IMG/VR virus record: IMGVR_UViG_2563366974_000010
Length of the DNA stretch: 64,000 nt
From: a virus
Lineage: Duplodnaviria > Heunggongvirae > Uroviricota > Caudoviricetes
Strand: one strand, 5' to 3'
The notes under the pieces were generated by a model, which made no database searches, was not told the origin of the DNA, and worked only from the letters and a program-made list of their open reading frames with translations. The first letter of the stretch is position 1. Each line of letters opens with the position of its first letter. Below are positions 1-9,155 of this stretch, in pieces. Both the position numbers and the translations under genes were made by a program.

Positions 1-134
1 GTGGACAGGTCCGGCACTTCGTTTACAGCCTGGCGGATTTGCTCAAGGTACGCGTCAAGGCCGCCCGCTACGTAAAGCACTGGGGCCTGTTCCGGCTTGA
101 TTTCGATGACAGTTAAGTCCGTTACTTCGCTCAT
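1..134 (-). CDS. Hypothetical early protein, N-terminal part only (gene continues past window start)
   Basis: ATG at 132-134 on minus strand preceded by AGGAGA; reverse translation MSEVTDLTVIEIKPEQ...; runs off window edge. Confidence 0.4.
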   Translation of the reverse strand, partial: MSEVTDLTVIEIKPEQAPVLYVAGGLDAYLEQIRQAVNEVPDLS

Positions 135-203
135 GGTTTCTCCTGAAATTTGGATGTGCAGATCCCGCCCGCAGAAGCCAGGCCGATCGGTTTAATAGGA
201 TGG

Positions 204-413
204 TTAGTGCTGGATAGGGTTGCCGTGACCGTCCAGAAGGACGTCAATCACGCAGTCACTGAGGCGGATAATTTCTGCATCGGTGTGCAGGTACACCCAT
301 TTGCGCTCCTGAATGACTGCTGAGACGCGATAGGTTCGGCCTTCATGCATTGCCATCATTCCGGGCGTGACGCACTGGCGAATGAGCGGGGTGGTACCGT
401 AGTGGTGCATCAT
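204..413 (-). CDS. Hypothetical small protein (69 aa)
   Basis: ORF track; start overlaps stop of upstream small ORF (ATGA coupling). Confidence 0.45.
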   Translation of the reverse strand: MMHHYGTTPLIRQCVTPGMMAMHEGRTYRVSAVIQERKWVYLHTDAEIIRLSDCVIDVLLDGHGNPIQH

Positions 414-568
414 ACCTTCACCTCAACCTGTTCCAGGAGGCCAGCCATATGCATCTGCCAGCGGTTAAGCGTCAGCTTTTCACGCGGTGCCGATACGGAC
501 GTCAGCTGCCACTCGTTATCGTTGAGCTTTTTGTCGGTGTACTGCTTGCCGTTGTGGGTGACTGTCAT
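410..568 (-). CDS. Hypothetical small protein (52 aa), translationally coupled to both neighbours
   Basis: Not in ORF track (<60 aa); ATG overlaps stop of 565..1074 gene and its stop overlaps ATG of 204..413 gene. Confidence 0.35.
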   Translation of the reverse strand: MTVTHNGKQYTDKKLNDNEWQLTSVSAPREKLTLNRWQMHMAGLLEQVEVKV

Positions 569-1074
569 GATGCCTCCCGAGCTTTGGCGTTTGCCGCATT
601 GATGGCGTCAATGTTCATCAGGCAGTAGATAGCGCATTCAGCGTCGTAATCACTCAACCCGCCGCTTGCCAGCTTATTAAGTGCGGTGCCAGTTAAACCG
701 ATCTTGAAGCAGATAGAGCCGTGTTTAGGGCCATATCCATAGCGATGGTCTTCACGCTGATCGCTCCATTGGGCGTAGTTTTTTGTGCCAAAATAACGCT
801 CGCTCAGACGGTTGAACCCCGACGCAATGTCGTTAATCGCGTCTTCAACACACCCGCGCCGTTCCGTGCTTTGTTTCGGGTCTCCGAAGTTAATGATCGT
901 CATGCCATGCCGAACCATCTCAACCGTTAGGCCTTTATTGGCATAGTTGATACCTTCAGCCACGGCAATCAACTCCTTGCCGATGCGTGAGGTGTCATCA
1001 ACAAACTTCGCCTTCAACTGAGCCAGCTCGGCTTCAATTGCCATTTTCTTCTTGGTCAATTCGATAAGAGTCAT
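565..1074 (-). CDS. Hypothetical protein (169 aa), leftward early operon
   Basis: ORF track; no family recognised by eye. Confidence 0.5.
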   Translation of the reverse strand: MTLIELTKKKMAIEAELAQLKAKFVDDTSRIGKELIAVAEGINYANKGLTVEMVRHGMTIINFGDPKQSTERRGCVEDAINDIASGFNRLSERYFGTKNYAQWSDQREDHRYGYGPKHGSICFKIGLTGTALNKLASGGLSDYDAECAIYCLMNIDAINAANAKAREAS

Positions 1075-1209
1075 AATTGTCTCCGCGCTTAAGGCCGCGC
1101 CGCCGAACGGTTAATACAAGACTTCAACGCATTTATTCAGTGTTTCAATGGGCGGTGGATGGCCGCCGGTTGTCATAACTTGAGCCACTCGTAAATGACC
1201 CCAGGTATG

Positions 1210-1232
1210 AAAAAAGCCGCTGGTTAGGCGGC
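1210..1232 (-). terminator. Hairpin GCCGC-N7-GCGGC followed by U-run on minus strand
   Basis: Seen in sequence; loop contains stop codon of the small ORF 1224..1391. Confidence 0.45.
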
Positions 1233-1391
1233 TCTGTTAATCCATTCTCGTGCGTTGCGTCGGCACATCCATGCCAGCTTTACCCAAAGGTCATGAAACC
1301 CATCACCACGCACTGATGCTCGACATTTTTTGCGGTACTGCCTGTAATCTTCACTGCACTCGGCAGCATATTTATCAGTTGTGCTTTGCAT
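1224..1391 (-). CDS. Hypothetical small protein (55 aa)
   Basis: Minus-strand ORF found by manual translation; weak support. Confidence 0.3.
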   Translation of the reverse strand: MQSTTDKYAAECSEDYRQYRKKCRASVRGDGFHDLWVKLAWMCRRNAREWINRAA

Positions 1392-1448
1392 GCTCTTACC
1401 CTCTGTCGTTACCCGCTGATGCGGGAGAAATTCTTTATCTATCAGCTG

Positions 1449-1661
1449 CTACAACTCATCACGAATCTGTGAGAGTGTGCTGATCGCCTGGTAATGACCG
1501 CGACGCTGCTCTTCTGTTTTGAACGCGCGCATATCGTCTTTTATCGATGCGATTGCCTTATTCAGAACTTCCACTTGCGCTTCTTTAATCGCCTGTTTGC
1601 GTGGCTTCTGACGCTTCTTAGGAAGGTCTCTTAAACACGCCGGAATGTATGTCTGAGTCAT
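1449..1661 (-). CDS. Small basic protein (70 aa), first gene downstream of putative pL; candidate N-like antiterminator
   Basis: Position immediately downstream of putative pL, Lys/Arg-rich N-terminal segment LPKKRQKPRKQ; identity as N not demonstrable by eye. Confidence 0.4.
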   Translation of the reverse strand: MTQTYIPACLRDLPKKRQKPRKQAIKEAQVEVLNKAIASIKDDMRAFKTEEQRRGHYQAISTLSQIRDEL

Positions 1662-1868
1662 AAAAAATCCTCTTGTGATTCAGCACAGCCCACTCAGCTT
1701 CGAATGGACTGGAATAAATCTTTTTTTCGCTTTGCCATAATTGCCGCTCTCCCTGAGCCCGCCTATGGTCCGACGCATGGTTTACTGTCGCGCCGTTCGA
1801 CTGACCGAATCTCCACTTCGCCGCTGGCTAACTTCGCTCAGCTGTCGATGTTTCGTTTCGATGGGCTA

Positions 1869-1901
1869 ACAATAGCTAAAGCGATTATTTCAGTCAATCG
1901 C
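1869..1901 (-). promoter_or_regulatory. Putative pL with operator half-sites
   Basis: On minus strand: -35 TTGACT (1892-1897), 17 bp spacer, -10 TATTGT (1869-1874); GCGAT (1881-1885) and ATCGC (1897-1901) half-sites matching the OR operators. Confidence 0.4.
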
Positions 1902-2034
1902 CAAAACGATATTTATCATCGATAAAGTGATAATTCATTGAATGTTAAAGCGATATTTTTTTTAAATGAAGTGGAAAAAAGTGATGTTGAAGGCGGTTTG
2001 ATGGGAGCGAATTGGAGGTAGTAGATGGAGGTAT

Positions 2035-2057
2035 AAAAAAACCGGCTTTCGCCGGTT
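2035..2057 (-). terminator. Intrinsic terminator after lipoprotein gene
   Basis: Hairpin CCGGC-TTTC-GCCGG with 7-nt U-run on minus strand, 7 nt downstream of stop at 2064. Confidence 0.6.
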
Positions 2058-2063
2058 GGTTAA

Positions 2064-2540
2064 TCAGTTGCAGTTAACTTTCCTGCCTACGAAGATCAAG
2101 TCTCCGTACTCGTCATTGGTATTCTTAAACCTAAGAACCTGTCCATTACGGATAAAGGCCCAGTAGAGTTGCTTACCTGTGTATCCGCCATAAGAATTTT
2201 TTGCGTTCACGAAAACACACGTTGAGTAACCGTAAACAAAGTTCCTGTTCTCAACCATAACCTCTTTGCGGAGTGGAGAGAAGTCGCTGAATTTCGCGGA
2301 ATCAGGATCCTTTAAGGCATCCTTGATTGTTTCCTGAACCAGCTCTTTATAGTTCTTTGGCTTTTCACCGACATCGGCTGTTTCAAGATTGATATTTCTA
2401 ACCTTCTCGGCAAACTCGGCATCATGTTTTTTAGCCTCAGCCATCTTCTGATCGTAATCAGAAGCAATACGGGCATAAGGTGGTTGCGCACACGCGCTGA
2501 GCAATGCAGAGGCGATAACTACAGCTGCTAATTTTTTCAT
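2064..2540 (-). CDS. Lipoprotein (158 aa) encoded immediately downstream of the repressor gene
   Basis: N-terminus MKKLAAVVIASALLSAC = signal peptide with LSAC lipobox; same strand as the CI-like repressor, 36 bp downstream of it; locally AT-rich. Confidence 0.7.
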   Translation of the reverse strand: MKKLAAVVIASALLSACAQPPYARIASDYDQKMAEAKKHDAEFAEKVRNINLETADVGEKPKNYKELVQETIKDALKDPDSAKFSDFSPLRKEVMVENRNFVYGYSTCVFVNAKNSYGGYTGKQLYWAFIRNGQVLRFKNTNDEYGDLIFVGRKVNCN

Positions 2541-2575
2541 CTTCCCATCCCAGAGTAATTACTGTGTAAATTTTG

Positions 2576-3268
2576 TTATGCGAATCTTTTATAATCGACT
2601 GACTGTCTCAGCAGTACTTTAGCCATGACGTAGAACGCGTCCTCATCTTCAGGCTCGACGTACCATTTTTCGTAAATCGGGTTATCGGATATTACTGCCA
2701 GCCTGTCTCGCTGCATCTGCAGGCGCTTAACGTGCAGTGTCTTCCCAAATACAAAGACGTATACACCGTCACCATCAAAGTGCGTAACACCGGTATCAAC
2801 GAAGATCTGATCACCTGGTGAAATAGTGCCGTCCATGCTGTCACCATTAACTGTGATCACTTTGACATGCGCAGCTGGACGATTGCCGAACAAGGCTCGC
2901 GCCTGCTCAGTCGTGTATTCAATGGCTCGGATAGTTTCAATGAAATCGCTGGTGACAATGCTGCCCGGCCCAGCGCTGGCTTTAACGTCGAGTACATCCA
3001 CGCGGTAAATCCCATTCAGTGACGGCTTAACCTGGTATAGCGCAGACGGTTCTCTTGCGCTACTTGAAGCCATTTCCCCTTCACCAGTAGACAGCCACTC
3101 CGGCCGCACACCCAGAACAGAGGCAATCTCAACAGTTTTACGGGAGCCGTTCGCTTCCTTGAGTAGCTTATTGACGCTGGACTGAGCCATGCCGACATCT
3201 TTGGCTAACCGGCCCTGTGTATATCCAGCATATTTCATTGCCTGCGCCAGGCGCTCCGAGAATCCCAT
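2576..3268 (-). CDS. cI: CI-like prophage repressor (N-terminal HTH, C-terminal LexA/S24-type autopeptidase domain)
   Basis: HTH motif QGRLAKDVGMAQSSVNKL; GDSM and VKRL motifs consistent with Ser-Lys dyad; start set at ATG 3268 (GAGGTG RBS) rather than GTG 3274. Confidence 0.85.
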   Translation of the reverse strand: MGFSERLAQAMKYAGYTQGRLAKDVGMAQSSVNKLLKEANGSRKTVEIASVLGVRPEWLSTGEGEMASSSAREPSALYQVKPSLNGIYRVDVLDVKASAGPGSIVTSDFIETIRAIEYTTEQARALFGNRPAAHVKVITVNGDSMDGTISPGDQIFVDTGVTHFDGDGVYVFVFGKTLHVKRLQMQRDRLAVISDNPIYEKWYVEPEDEDAFYVMAKVLLRQSVDYKRFA

Positions 3269-3299
3269 ATTCACCTCTGTTAATGACTCCTTTAACTCT

Positions 3300-3368
3300 A
3301 TCGCTCAAGCGATTATTTAGCAAAAAATCGCCTATGCGATTGACATTCGCTAAAGTGATAACCATAAT
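3300..3368 (+). promoter_or_regulatory. OR/PR region with palindromic operators
   Basis: Palindromes ATCGCTCAAGCGAT (3300-3313) and AATCGCCTATGCGATT (3326-3341); PR -35 TTGACA (3340-3345), 17 bp, -10 CATAAT (3363-3368). Confidence 0.55.
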
Positions 3369-3395
3369 CGCTTTAAACTGATAGCTGAGGTGATT

Positions 3396-3647
3396 ATGAA
3401 GACCCCAACAGTAGAGAAGAACTCCGCAGTAGAGAAAGCGATTGCCATCGCTGGCAGCCAGAAAGAACTGGCAAAACGTTGCGGTAAAGCCCAGTCCACT
3501 ATCTGCGACTGGCTTAACGGAAAGAAACGCATCTCCCCAGTTCACGTTCCTGAGCTGGTGAAAGCGGTTGGTGGTGAAATCCAGGCTCATGAATTCCGCC
3601 CGGACCTGCCTTCCATCTTTCCACACCCTGACAACCATGCCGCTTAA
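3396..3647 (+). CDS. cro: Cro-like HTH regulator
   Basis: Small HTH protein divergent from repressor; GAGG RBS 6 nt upstream of ATG 3396. Confidence 0.7.
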   Translation: MKTPTVEKNSAVEKAIAIAGSQKELAKRCGKAQSTICDWLNGKKRISPVHVPELVKAVGGEIQAHEFRPDLPSIFPHPDNHAA

Positions 3648-3676
3648 CGGCGGCCCTAACCACGAAAGGGAAAGCA

Positions 3677-4243
3677 ATGCATTCACTTGCGTATCAACAG
3701 AGTACCGGACTTGAACAACGTCCGTTGATTTCGATTTATCAAAGTGTTCCGCGTAATAACCGTAAGCTAACTCGAATACGGGAGGCAGTTAAGGCCTGGC
3801 AAAAAGCTACGCCGGGCCAGTCTCAGGTTCACATTTCTCAGCTGGTTGCGAAAGAGTGGCTGGCGCGCGGCGGGAAGGGGTTGTTACTGGCAGGTTCTGA
3901 ACACAACACGAAGCAGAACTTCTTCCGGATGATTAACGATCCGGGCCCGAAGAACGACAAGGGGTTGATGCTACTGATCCCCGTCATTATCGACGTGATG
4001 GCGCGGGATAACGAGAAAGTGGCGAGAGAGTTCGGTCTGGTCGCAAAGACTGAGGCCGAACTGATAGCCGAGGCCATGAAAGAGTGCACTGAAGCGCATC
4101 AGGCGAAGTTACTTGGTCAGCCGATACAACGCCTTGAGAAAGAGGTGAGAGAAGCTGCTGAAGCACTTCTGCGCTTTCTGCCCACTGAATCAATCGCCGC
4201 GGTGGTGACAAGTCTGGCCGCTATGGCGCCGGGAGTTATGTGA
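3677..4243 (+). CDS. YdaT-like protein (family described as functional analogue of CII)
   Basis: Position after cro; shares motif pattern (NTKQNFFRMI..., LLIPVIIDVM) with the YdaT-like protein at 49406..49831. Confidence 0.5.
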   Translation: MHSLAYQQSTGLEQRPLISIYQSVPRNNRKLTRIREAVKAWQKATPGQSQVHISQLVAKEWLARGGKGLLLAGSEHNTKQNFFRMINDPGPKNDKGLMLLIPVIIDVMARDNEKVAREFGLVAKTEAELIAEAMKECTEAHQAKLLGQPIQRLEKEVREAAEALLRFLPTESIAAVVTSLAAMAPGVM

Positions 4244-4332
4244 TGGGAAGTATCAAAAACGGCGAAAGCCAGTCTGCTCGAACAGAACTGGCCTTCAGAT
4301 GCAAATCGTGTGCACTCATTGCAGGAGGAATA

Positions 4333-4479
4333 ATGGCAAAAAATCCACGCTATTACCATACCGCTGTACATAAAAACATAACCCGCGACCGCTTCATCCG
4401 CTCGGTTAACCCGATTGTGGCAGAGAAGATGCGCGCCATCCTGGAAGAACTGAAACGTAAGGAGAGTGGCCGTGGGTAA
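4333..4479 (+). CDS. Hypothetical small protein (48 aa)
   Basis: AGGAGG RBS 5 nt upstream of ATG 4333; overlaps start of O-like gene. Confidence 0.3.
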   Translation: MAKNPRYYHTAVHKNITRDRFIRSVNPIVAEKMRAILEELKRKESGRG

Positions 4480-5371
4480 CGTATCCAATTTAGCCGAAGC
4501 CAGAGAGGCCAGAAGGCTCCAGAAACCGCGCACGAATGACGGTAAGGGGTTTGCCTTGCTGCACCGTAAAATTATGGATGTGCCGTTCTACAAGGACGCT
4601 GAGGCGGCTCATTTATGGGTTCACCTGCTCCTGCGCGCTAATCATGAACAGACACTGGTATCGACTGATGTCGGCGATGTGATCTGCGAGCGCGGAGAGT
4701 TCATTACCGGGCGAAACACGCTGGCAATGGAAACGGGTTTGACCGCTGATCGCGTTAAATCACTGCTCCGTAAATTCCAGAACCTGGGCATGATCACCAC
4801 CAAATCGAACAACCGTTTTACTGTTCTAAAAGTGGTCAAATATGACGAATATCAGTCAAATTTTTGTCCAGCCGATGTCCAGCCAGTGTCCAGCGCAAAC
4901 GCAGCTATATCAATGCCTGCGGAGGCGGAGTGTCCAGCCGATGTCCAGCCAGTGTCCACAGATAACAATATATTAAATAACTTACTACCTAACGGTAGTA
5001 AGTATGTCGCAAATGACCAGAAACCCGCTGAAGAGAAAAAGTCCCGTTTGTCATGCGATGAAGTATGGCAATGCCTGAAAGACGAACTGCCTGAAGCCCG
5101 GGGATGGAGATGCCTCACTGATGAGCGACGCAATCTGATCCGCACCTTCTGGGGTAAGGCTAACAAAATTGCCCGCAACCTGGACGGCAAGCCGATGGAT
5201 ATGGACGGTTTCAGAAGCTATCTGCGCTACATCGCTCAGAACTGCCGCTGGATGCTTGAAGACCGACCAGACCAGAAATCCGGGAAGACCTGGCGCCGCA
5301 TGAAATTCGATAAGTTCCTGACCGAAAAGCTCTACATCGAAGTGCGCGAAGGGGATCGTGATGACCGCTGA
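4466..5371 (+). CDS. Replication initiator, lambda O-like architecture (iterons inside gene)
   Basis: Immediately upstream of DnaB-family helicase; in-gene iterons plus AT-rich tract; true start may be GTG 4472. Confidence 0.65.
   Translation: MAVGNVSNLAEAREARRLQKPRTNDGKGFALLHRKIMDVPFYKDAEAAHLWVHLLLRANHEQTLVSTDVGDVICERGEFITGRNTLAMETGLTADRVKSLLRKFQNLGMITTKSNNRFTVLKVVKYDEYQSNFCPADVQPVSSANAAISMPAEAECPADVQPVSTDNNILNNLLPNGSKYVANDQKPAEEKKSRLSCDEVWQCLKDELPEARGWRCLTDERRNLIRTFWGKANKIARNLDGKPMDMDGFRSYLRYIAQNCRWMLEDRPDQKSGKTWRRMKFDKFLTEKLYIEVREGDRDDR
4865..4993 (+). repeat. Origin-like iterons: six TGTCCAGC(C) copies in two triplets at 11-bp spacing, then AT-rich tract
   Basis: Copies at 4865, 4876, 4887 and 4931, 4942, 4953; AT-rich GATAACAATATATTAAATAAC follows. 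Confidence 0.55.
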
Positions 5372-6794
5372 TTTCATGGCTGTACCACAAAACCTCGAAG
5401 CAGAGCAGAGCGTTATCGGTGGCCTGCTGCTGGATGATGACAACAGCGAGCGAGTCCAGAAGGTTCTGGCGATGCTCAAGCCTGAATCGTTCTACAGCCG
5501 ACCTCACCAGCTGATCTTTGCCGAGATGCGCCAGATGTTCCGCGACAACAAGCCAGTCGATGGTCTGACATTGTTCGACGCGCTCGAAGGCAAAGGGCTC
5601 GCGGAGCAGGTAGGTGGCTTTGCTTACCTGGCGGAGATCGCCAAGAACACTCCCAGCGCTGCAAACATCGTGGCATACGCTGCGTCAGTCCGGGAAGCCG
5701 CAATGGAGCGCTACGGTATCAGCCGCCTGACCGAAGCTACTGAGCTGCTGTATTCCCGCAATGGCATGAGCGCCACGCAGAAGTACGAGGCCATTCAGGG
5801 TATTTTCACCCAGCTCGCAGACCATTCAAAAACCGGTAGTCGCCGTGGGTTGCGGTCGTTCGGCGAGGTTATGGATGACTGGGTAGCAGATCTGGAGAAA
5901 CGCTTTGACCCTTCAGGCGAACAGCGCGGCATGAGCACCGGCATCCCGTCACTCGACCGGCTGCTGGCGCCGAAAGGTCTGGTTAAAGGCTCTCTGTTCG
6001 TGATTGGCGCAAGGCCAAAGATGGGCAAGACAACCCTGTACGGTCAGATGGCGATCAACTGCGCGGTTCGTGAGAAAAAGCCAGCGCTGATGTTCAGCCT
6101 CGAAATGCCGGGCGACCAGATCCTCGAAAAACTGGTTGGTCAGAGGTCTGGAGTTAACCCGAGCATTTTTTACATGCCAGCCACGGATGACGCCGATGAC
6201 CAGTACCAGGGCGATTACGACGGCGACTTTAAGAAGGCGATCGCCACCGCCGGGCGATTGAGTGAAATCGACATGCTGTACATCGACGATACTCCTGGCC
6301 TGTCACTGGCGCACATCGTTAGCGAAAGCCGCCGAATCAAGCGCGAGAAGGGCTGCGTAGGAATGATTCTGGTTGACTACCTGACTCTAATGACCGCCGA
6401 AAAAGCCGACCGTAATGACCTGGCCTACGGGATGATCACCAAAGGTCTGAAGAATCTCGCCAAAGAGCTTGGCTGCGTCGTCGTGCTGCTGACCCAGCTC
6501 AACCGCGAACTGGAGAAGCGAGTGAATAAACGCCCGTTGCCGAGCGATTCCCGCGACACAGGGCAGATTGAGCAGGACTGCGACTACTGGGTTGGTATCC
6601 ACCGGGAAGGTGCTTTCGATGACAGCGTGCCGCCGGGAGAAACCGAGTTAATCCTGAGACTCAACCGCCACGGCAGCACCGGAACGGTTTATTGCAATCA
6701 GATCAACGGGGCAATTTACGACACAGACCAGCAGGCCGCCGCCGCAGAACGCCGCGGGCGCGAGCAGCAGCCGAAAAAGAAAGGGGGCTTCTGA
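5361..6794 (+). CDS. Replicative DNA helicase, DnaB family
   Basis: N-terminal DnaB-like region (QNLEAEQSVIGGLLLD) and Walker A GARPKMGKTT. Confidence 0.85.
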   Translation: MTADFMAVPQNLEAEQSVIGGLLLDDDNSERVQKVLAMLKPESFYSRPHQLIFAEMRQMFRDNKPVDGLTLFDALEGKGLAEQVGGFAYLAEIAKNTPSAANIVAYAASVREAAMERYGISRLTEATELLYSRNGMSATQKYEAIQGIFTQLADHSKTGSRRGLRSFGEVMDDWVADLEKRFDPSGEQRGMSTGIPSLDRLLAPKGLVKGSLFVIGARPKMGKTTLYGQMAINCAVREKKPALMFSLEMPGDQILEKLVGQRSGVNPSIFYMPATDDADDQYQGDYDGDFKKAIATAGRLSEIDMLYIDDTPGLSLAHIVSESRRIKREKGCVGMILVDYLTLMTAEKADRNDLAYGMITKGLKNLAKELGCVVVLLTQLNRELEKRVNKRPLPSDSRDTGQIEQDCDYWVGIHREGAFDDSVPPGETELILRLNRHGSTGTVYCNQINGAIYDTDQQAAAAERRGREQQPKKKGGF

Positions 6795-7093
6795 TGAAAG
6801 GCAAACAGGCAATTCTTCGTTATCTCGAAACGCACCGGACCTTCACTGCGAAGGATGTGGCCACAGAGTGTGGCATGACCATCAACTGCATCACGAAGAA
6901 CGCTATCGATCTGGAGCGGGCCCGGAAGATTGTGCGCGTGAGCAAGGTCTGGCGAACGGTGACTTATCGCCAGGCGACGCCGGAAGAGCAGGACGGCACC
7001 GCGCGCAGCTGCACCAACGGAATATTTCAGGGGTGCCGGAACAGTCCTGCGATGAAGCGAGTATTGATGGTTTGGGGGAGGGAAGGGGTATGA
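6794..7093 (+). CDS. Hypothetical protein (99 aa)
   Basis: ATG overlaps helicase stop (TGATG). Confidence 0.45.
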   Translation: MKGKQAILRYLETHRTFTAKDVATECGMTINCITKNAIDLERARKIVRVSKVWRTVTYRQATPEEQDGTARSCTNGIFQGCRNSPAMKRVLMVWGREGV

Positions 7094-7287
7094 AAATCGA
7101 AGATATCAAAAACGTTGCGGTGTTCTTCAATTTTAACGGTAAAACGGTGGCTTTGCGCATGGATCCTGAGCAGAAGCGAATCGTCGCATTAATGGCGCTT
7201 AACACGGCTGATGCCCGGGCAGAACTGATTGAGGTGCCGCACATGACTTTACCAGCAGACCCAGCCATGCAGGAGGCCGCCCAATGA
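7090..7287 (+). CDS. Hypothetical protein (65 aa)
   Basis: ATGA overlap with upstream gene. Confidence 0.4.
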   Translation: MKIEDIKNVAVFFNFNGKTVALRMDPEQKRIVALMALNTADARAELIEVPHMTLPADPAMQEAAQ

Positions 7288-7889
7288 GCAACATCAACAA
7301 ACAGGAGCTGCGTGAAGCGGCGGAGAGAGCAGAATCCGATAGTTGGGGTTATGATCGCGATGAATTCAATGAGGCTCTAACCCCGTCCACCGTGCTGGCA
7401 CTGCTAGATGAGTTGGAAGCCAAAGATTCCATGATAGCAGCACAACAACATGAGATCCGTACGTTACTGAATGCGCTTGAGGGCAGACCATGCCCTAAAT
7501 GCAACGACACAGGCATGGCTGATAGTGGCGGTACGCAACCCTGGGGCGAGCCAATAAGCGTTCCATGTGATTGCGCCGCCCCGCCATCGCCGGTAGCTGT
7601 GCCTGAAGGATACAGGTTGCAGCCAATTTCTGAATATGACGCAATGTGCGCCGCCATGCTTCAGGGTGCCGAAAACGCCGAGTCGCGCTGCACCATCAAG
7701 ACCGCGCCAGCACTGGATTCTTTGACAAAAAATGCCGAGTCGCGCTGCGGCAACTCTCCGGTGATTCAGGATGGTTGGGTGCTGGTGCCAGAAGAACCCA
7801 CCCATGAAATGCTTGAGGCTGGTGATGAACAATTCGGAACTTACGATGTGTATCGCCGGATGATAGCAGCATCACCGCAGCAGAAGTGA
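7284..7889 (+). CDS. Hypothetical nin-region protein with internal duplication and Cys cluster
   Basis: AGGAGG RBS; duplicated ENAESRC segment and CPKCNDTG / CDC cysteines. Confidence 0.5.
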   Translation: MSNINKQELREAAERAESDSWGYDRDEFNEALTPSTVLALLDELEAKDSMIAAQQHEIRTLLNALEGRPCPKCNDTGMADSGGTQPWGEPISVPCDCAAPPSPVAVPEGYRLQPISEYDAMCAAMLQGAENAESRCTIKTAPALDSLTKNAESRCGNSPVIQDGWVLVPEEPTHEMLEAGDEQFGTYDVYRRMIAASPQQK

Positions 7890-7922
7890 TCTATAATCCC
7901 CTCAAATAACCGAGGGGGTTTT

Positions 7923-8105
7923 ATGTCTAACGAAGAAATGACTCCAGCAGAAAAATATAAAGCTTCAATGAAAAGACATAAAAAGTTCTGGAGTAAATCA
8001 CAAATTGCAAATGCGAAACGGTTTGATGCTGGAGAGGTTGAATCTGTTGATGGTTTTAGATCTCCTTATGAGACCAGAAAGAAGAGAGGGAGGACTGCTG
8101 ACTAA
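7923..8105 (+). CDS. Hypothetical small protein (60 aa)
   Basis: ORF track; GAGGGGG RBS. Confidence 0.4.
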   Translation: MSNEEMTPAEKYKASMKRHKKFWSKSQIANAKRFDAGEVESVDGFRSPYETRKKRGRTAD

Positions 8106-8359
8106 TGTCTGACTGGAACATTGCAGCAAAGCCGCAGGAAGAACGCGACAAGGTTAATGTTGACCTGGCAGCCTCCGGCGTGGCCTACAAAGAGCGCCTG
8201 AATATGCCGGTTATCGCCGAGCAGGTAGCTCGTGAGCAACCAGAGCATCTACGAGAGTATTTCATGGATCGCGTGCGGCACTATCGCGAGCAGAGCGTTG
8301 CATTGCCTAAGGCATCTGATCCTCGCTACATTGAAATGACTGAGCAAAATGCAAAATAA
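8105..8359 (+). CDS. Hypothetical protein (84 aa)
   Basis: ORF track; start overlaps upstream stop. Confidence 0.45.
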   Translation: MSDWNIAAKPQEERDKVNVDLAASGVAYKERLNMPVIAEQVAREQPEHLREYFMDRVRHYREQSVALPKASDPRYIEMTEQNAK

Positions 8360-8375
8360 ATTTTAGGAGATTCAA

Positions 8376-8636
8376 ATGGAAAATAGCATGAGCATCACAA
8401 CGATTCTTGAAAGAGAAAGGGAGCTTGATGATCTTGTTAAGGTGTGCCTCGATGAGCTTGAGGTGATTGACATCCATGGACAGGTTTACTCAATTCCTCT
8501 TTCCCACCTAACGAACGCAGAGCAGGTGGTACATTGGGTCTGGAAGATTGCTGAGAGAGGTGATTTCGCCATGGATGTTGTTCGTAAATTTACTGAAGTT
8601 GCGTCCCATCATGTGGGGTTTGACGCTAAAAAATAA
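8376..8636 (+). CDS. Hypothetical protein (86 aa)
   Basis: ORF track; AGGAGA RBS. Confidence 0.45.
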   Translation: MENSMSITTILERERELDDLVKVCLDELEVIDIHGQVYSIPLSHLTNAEQVVHWVWKIAERGDFAMDVVRKFTEVASHHVGFDAKK

Positions 8637-8706
8637 ATCGCCAAGGACCGATTTAATAGCTATACACATGTTTTACATTCCGCTCGCATCTTAACCAAAT
8701 CTTTCT

Positions 8707-8715
8707 TGGTATAAT
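8707..8715 (+). promoter_or_regulatory. Extended -10 element TGGTATAAT
   Basis: TGnTATAAT motif about 40 nt upstream of ORF 8755; no clear -35. Confidence 0.35.
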
Positions 8716-8754
8716 GATTTTTTACAGGCGAATGACGTGTGAGGTCCGGGATTT

Positions 8755-8952
8755 ATGACTTGTGAAGTATGTAACAAACAACCCCTTGGACGAAGGGACC
8801 CGCCTCTTCCATGCATGGTCTTGCAAGGCGATAAATCCGTTAACTTCAGCCATCACGGACGCGAAGCAAACGAGCGTTATTACAAATGCTCGGAATGCGG
8901 TCATGAGTGGATGAGAGAGACAGGAAATTGCGGCGAAGGCTGGATTCCTTAA
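8755..8952 (+). CDS. Small Cys-rich protein, zinc-ribbon-like (65 aa)
   Basis: CxxC ... CxxC pattern (CEVCN, CSECG). Confidence 0.4.
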   Translation: MTCEVCNKQPLGRRDPPLPCMVLQGDKSVNFSHHGREANERYYKCSECGHEWMRETGNCGEGWIP

Positions 8953-9031
8953 CTATATATTGTCGCTATTCGCAAATTGATTTTCTCAAATCATCCCGCC
9001 ATAATTAAGTCGCAGTCGGCCTGAACACCCG

Positions 9032-9076
9032 ATTGTGACTTCTGCGCATTTAAGGGGACTTAAATGCGACCACAAT
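9032..9076. repeat. 45-bp imperfect palindrome upstream of ninB
   Basis: ATTGTGACTTCTGCGCATTTAAG-GGGA-CTTAAATGCGACCACAAT. Confidence 0.45.
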
Positions 9077-9155
9077 CTGAAATCCTCACCTTGTCACAGA
9101 TGCAGAAATGCACCTGCGATTTTCTGCATTCTGCGGTTTCCGTTAAGGAGGCCGT

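Noticed and set aside
1704-1925. Plus-strand ORF (73 aa) in the interval left of the lipoprotein gene
   Set aside because: Overlaps the putative pL promoter/operator sequences, has no RBS and an unconvincing composition; the interval is better explained as regulatory DNA
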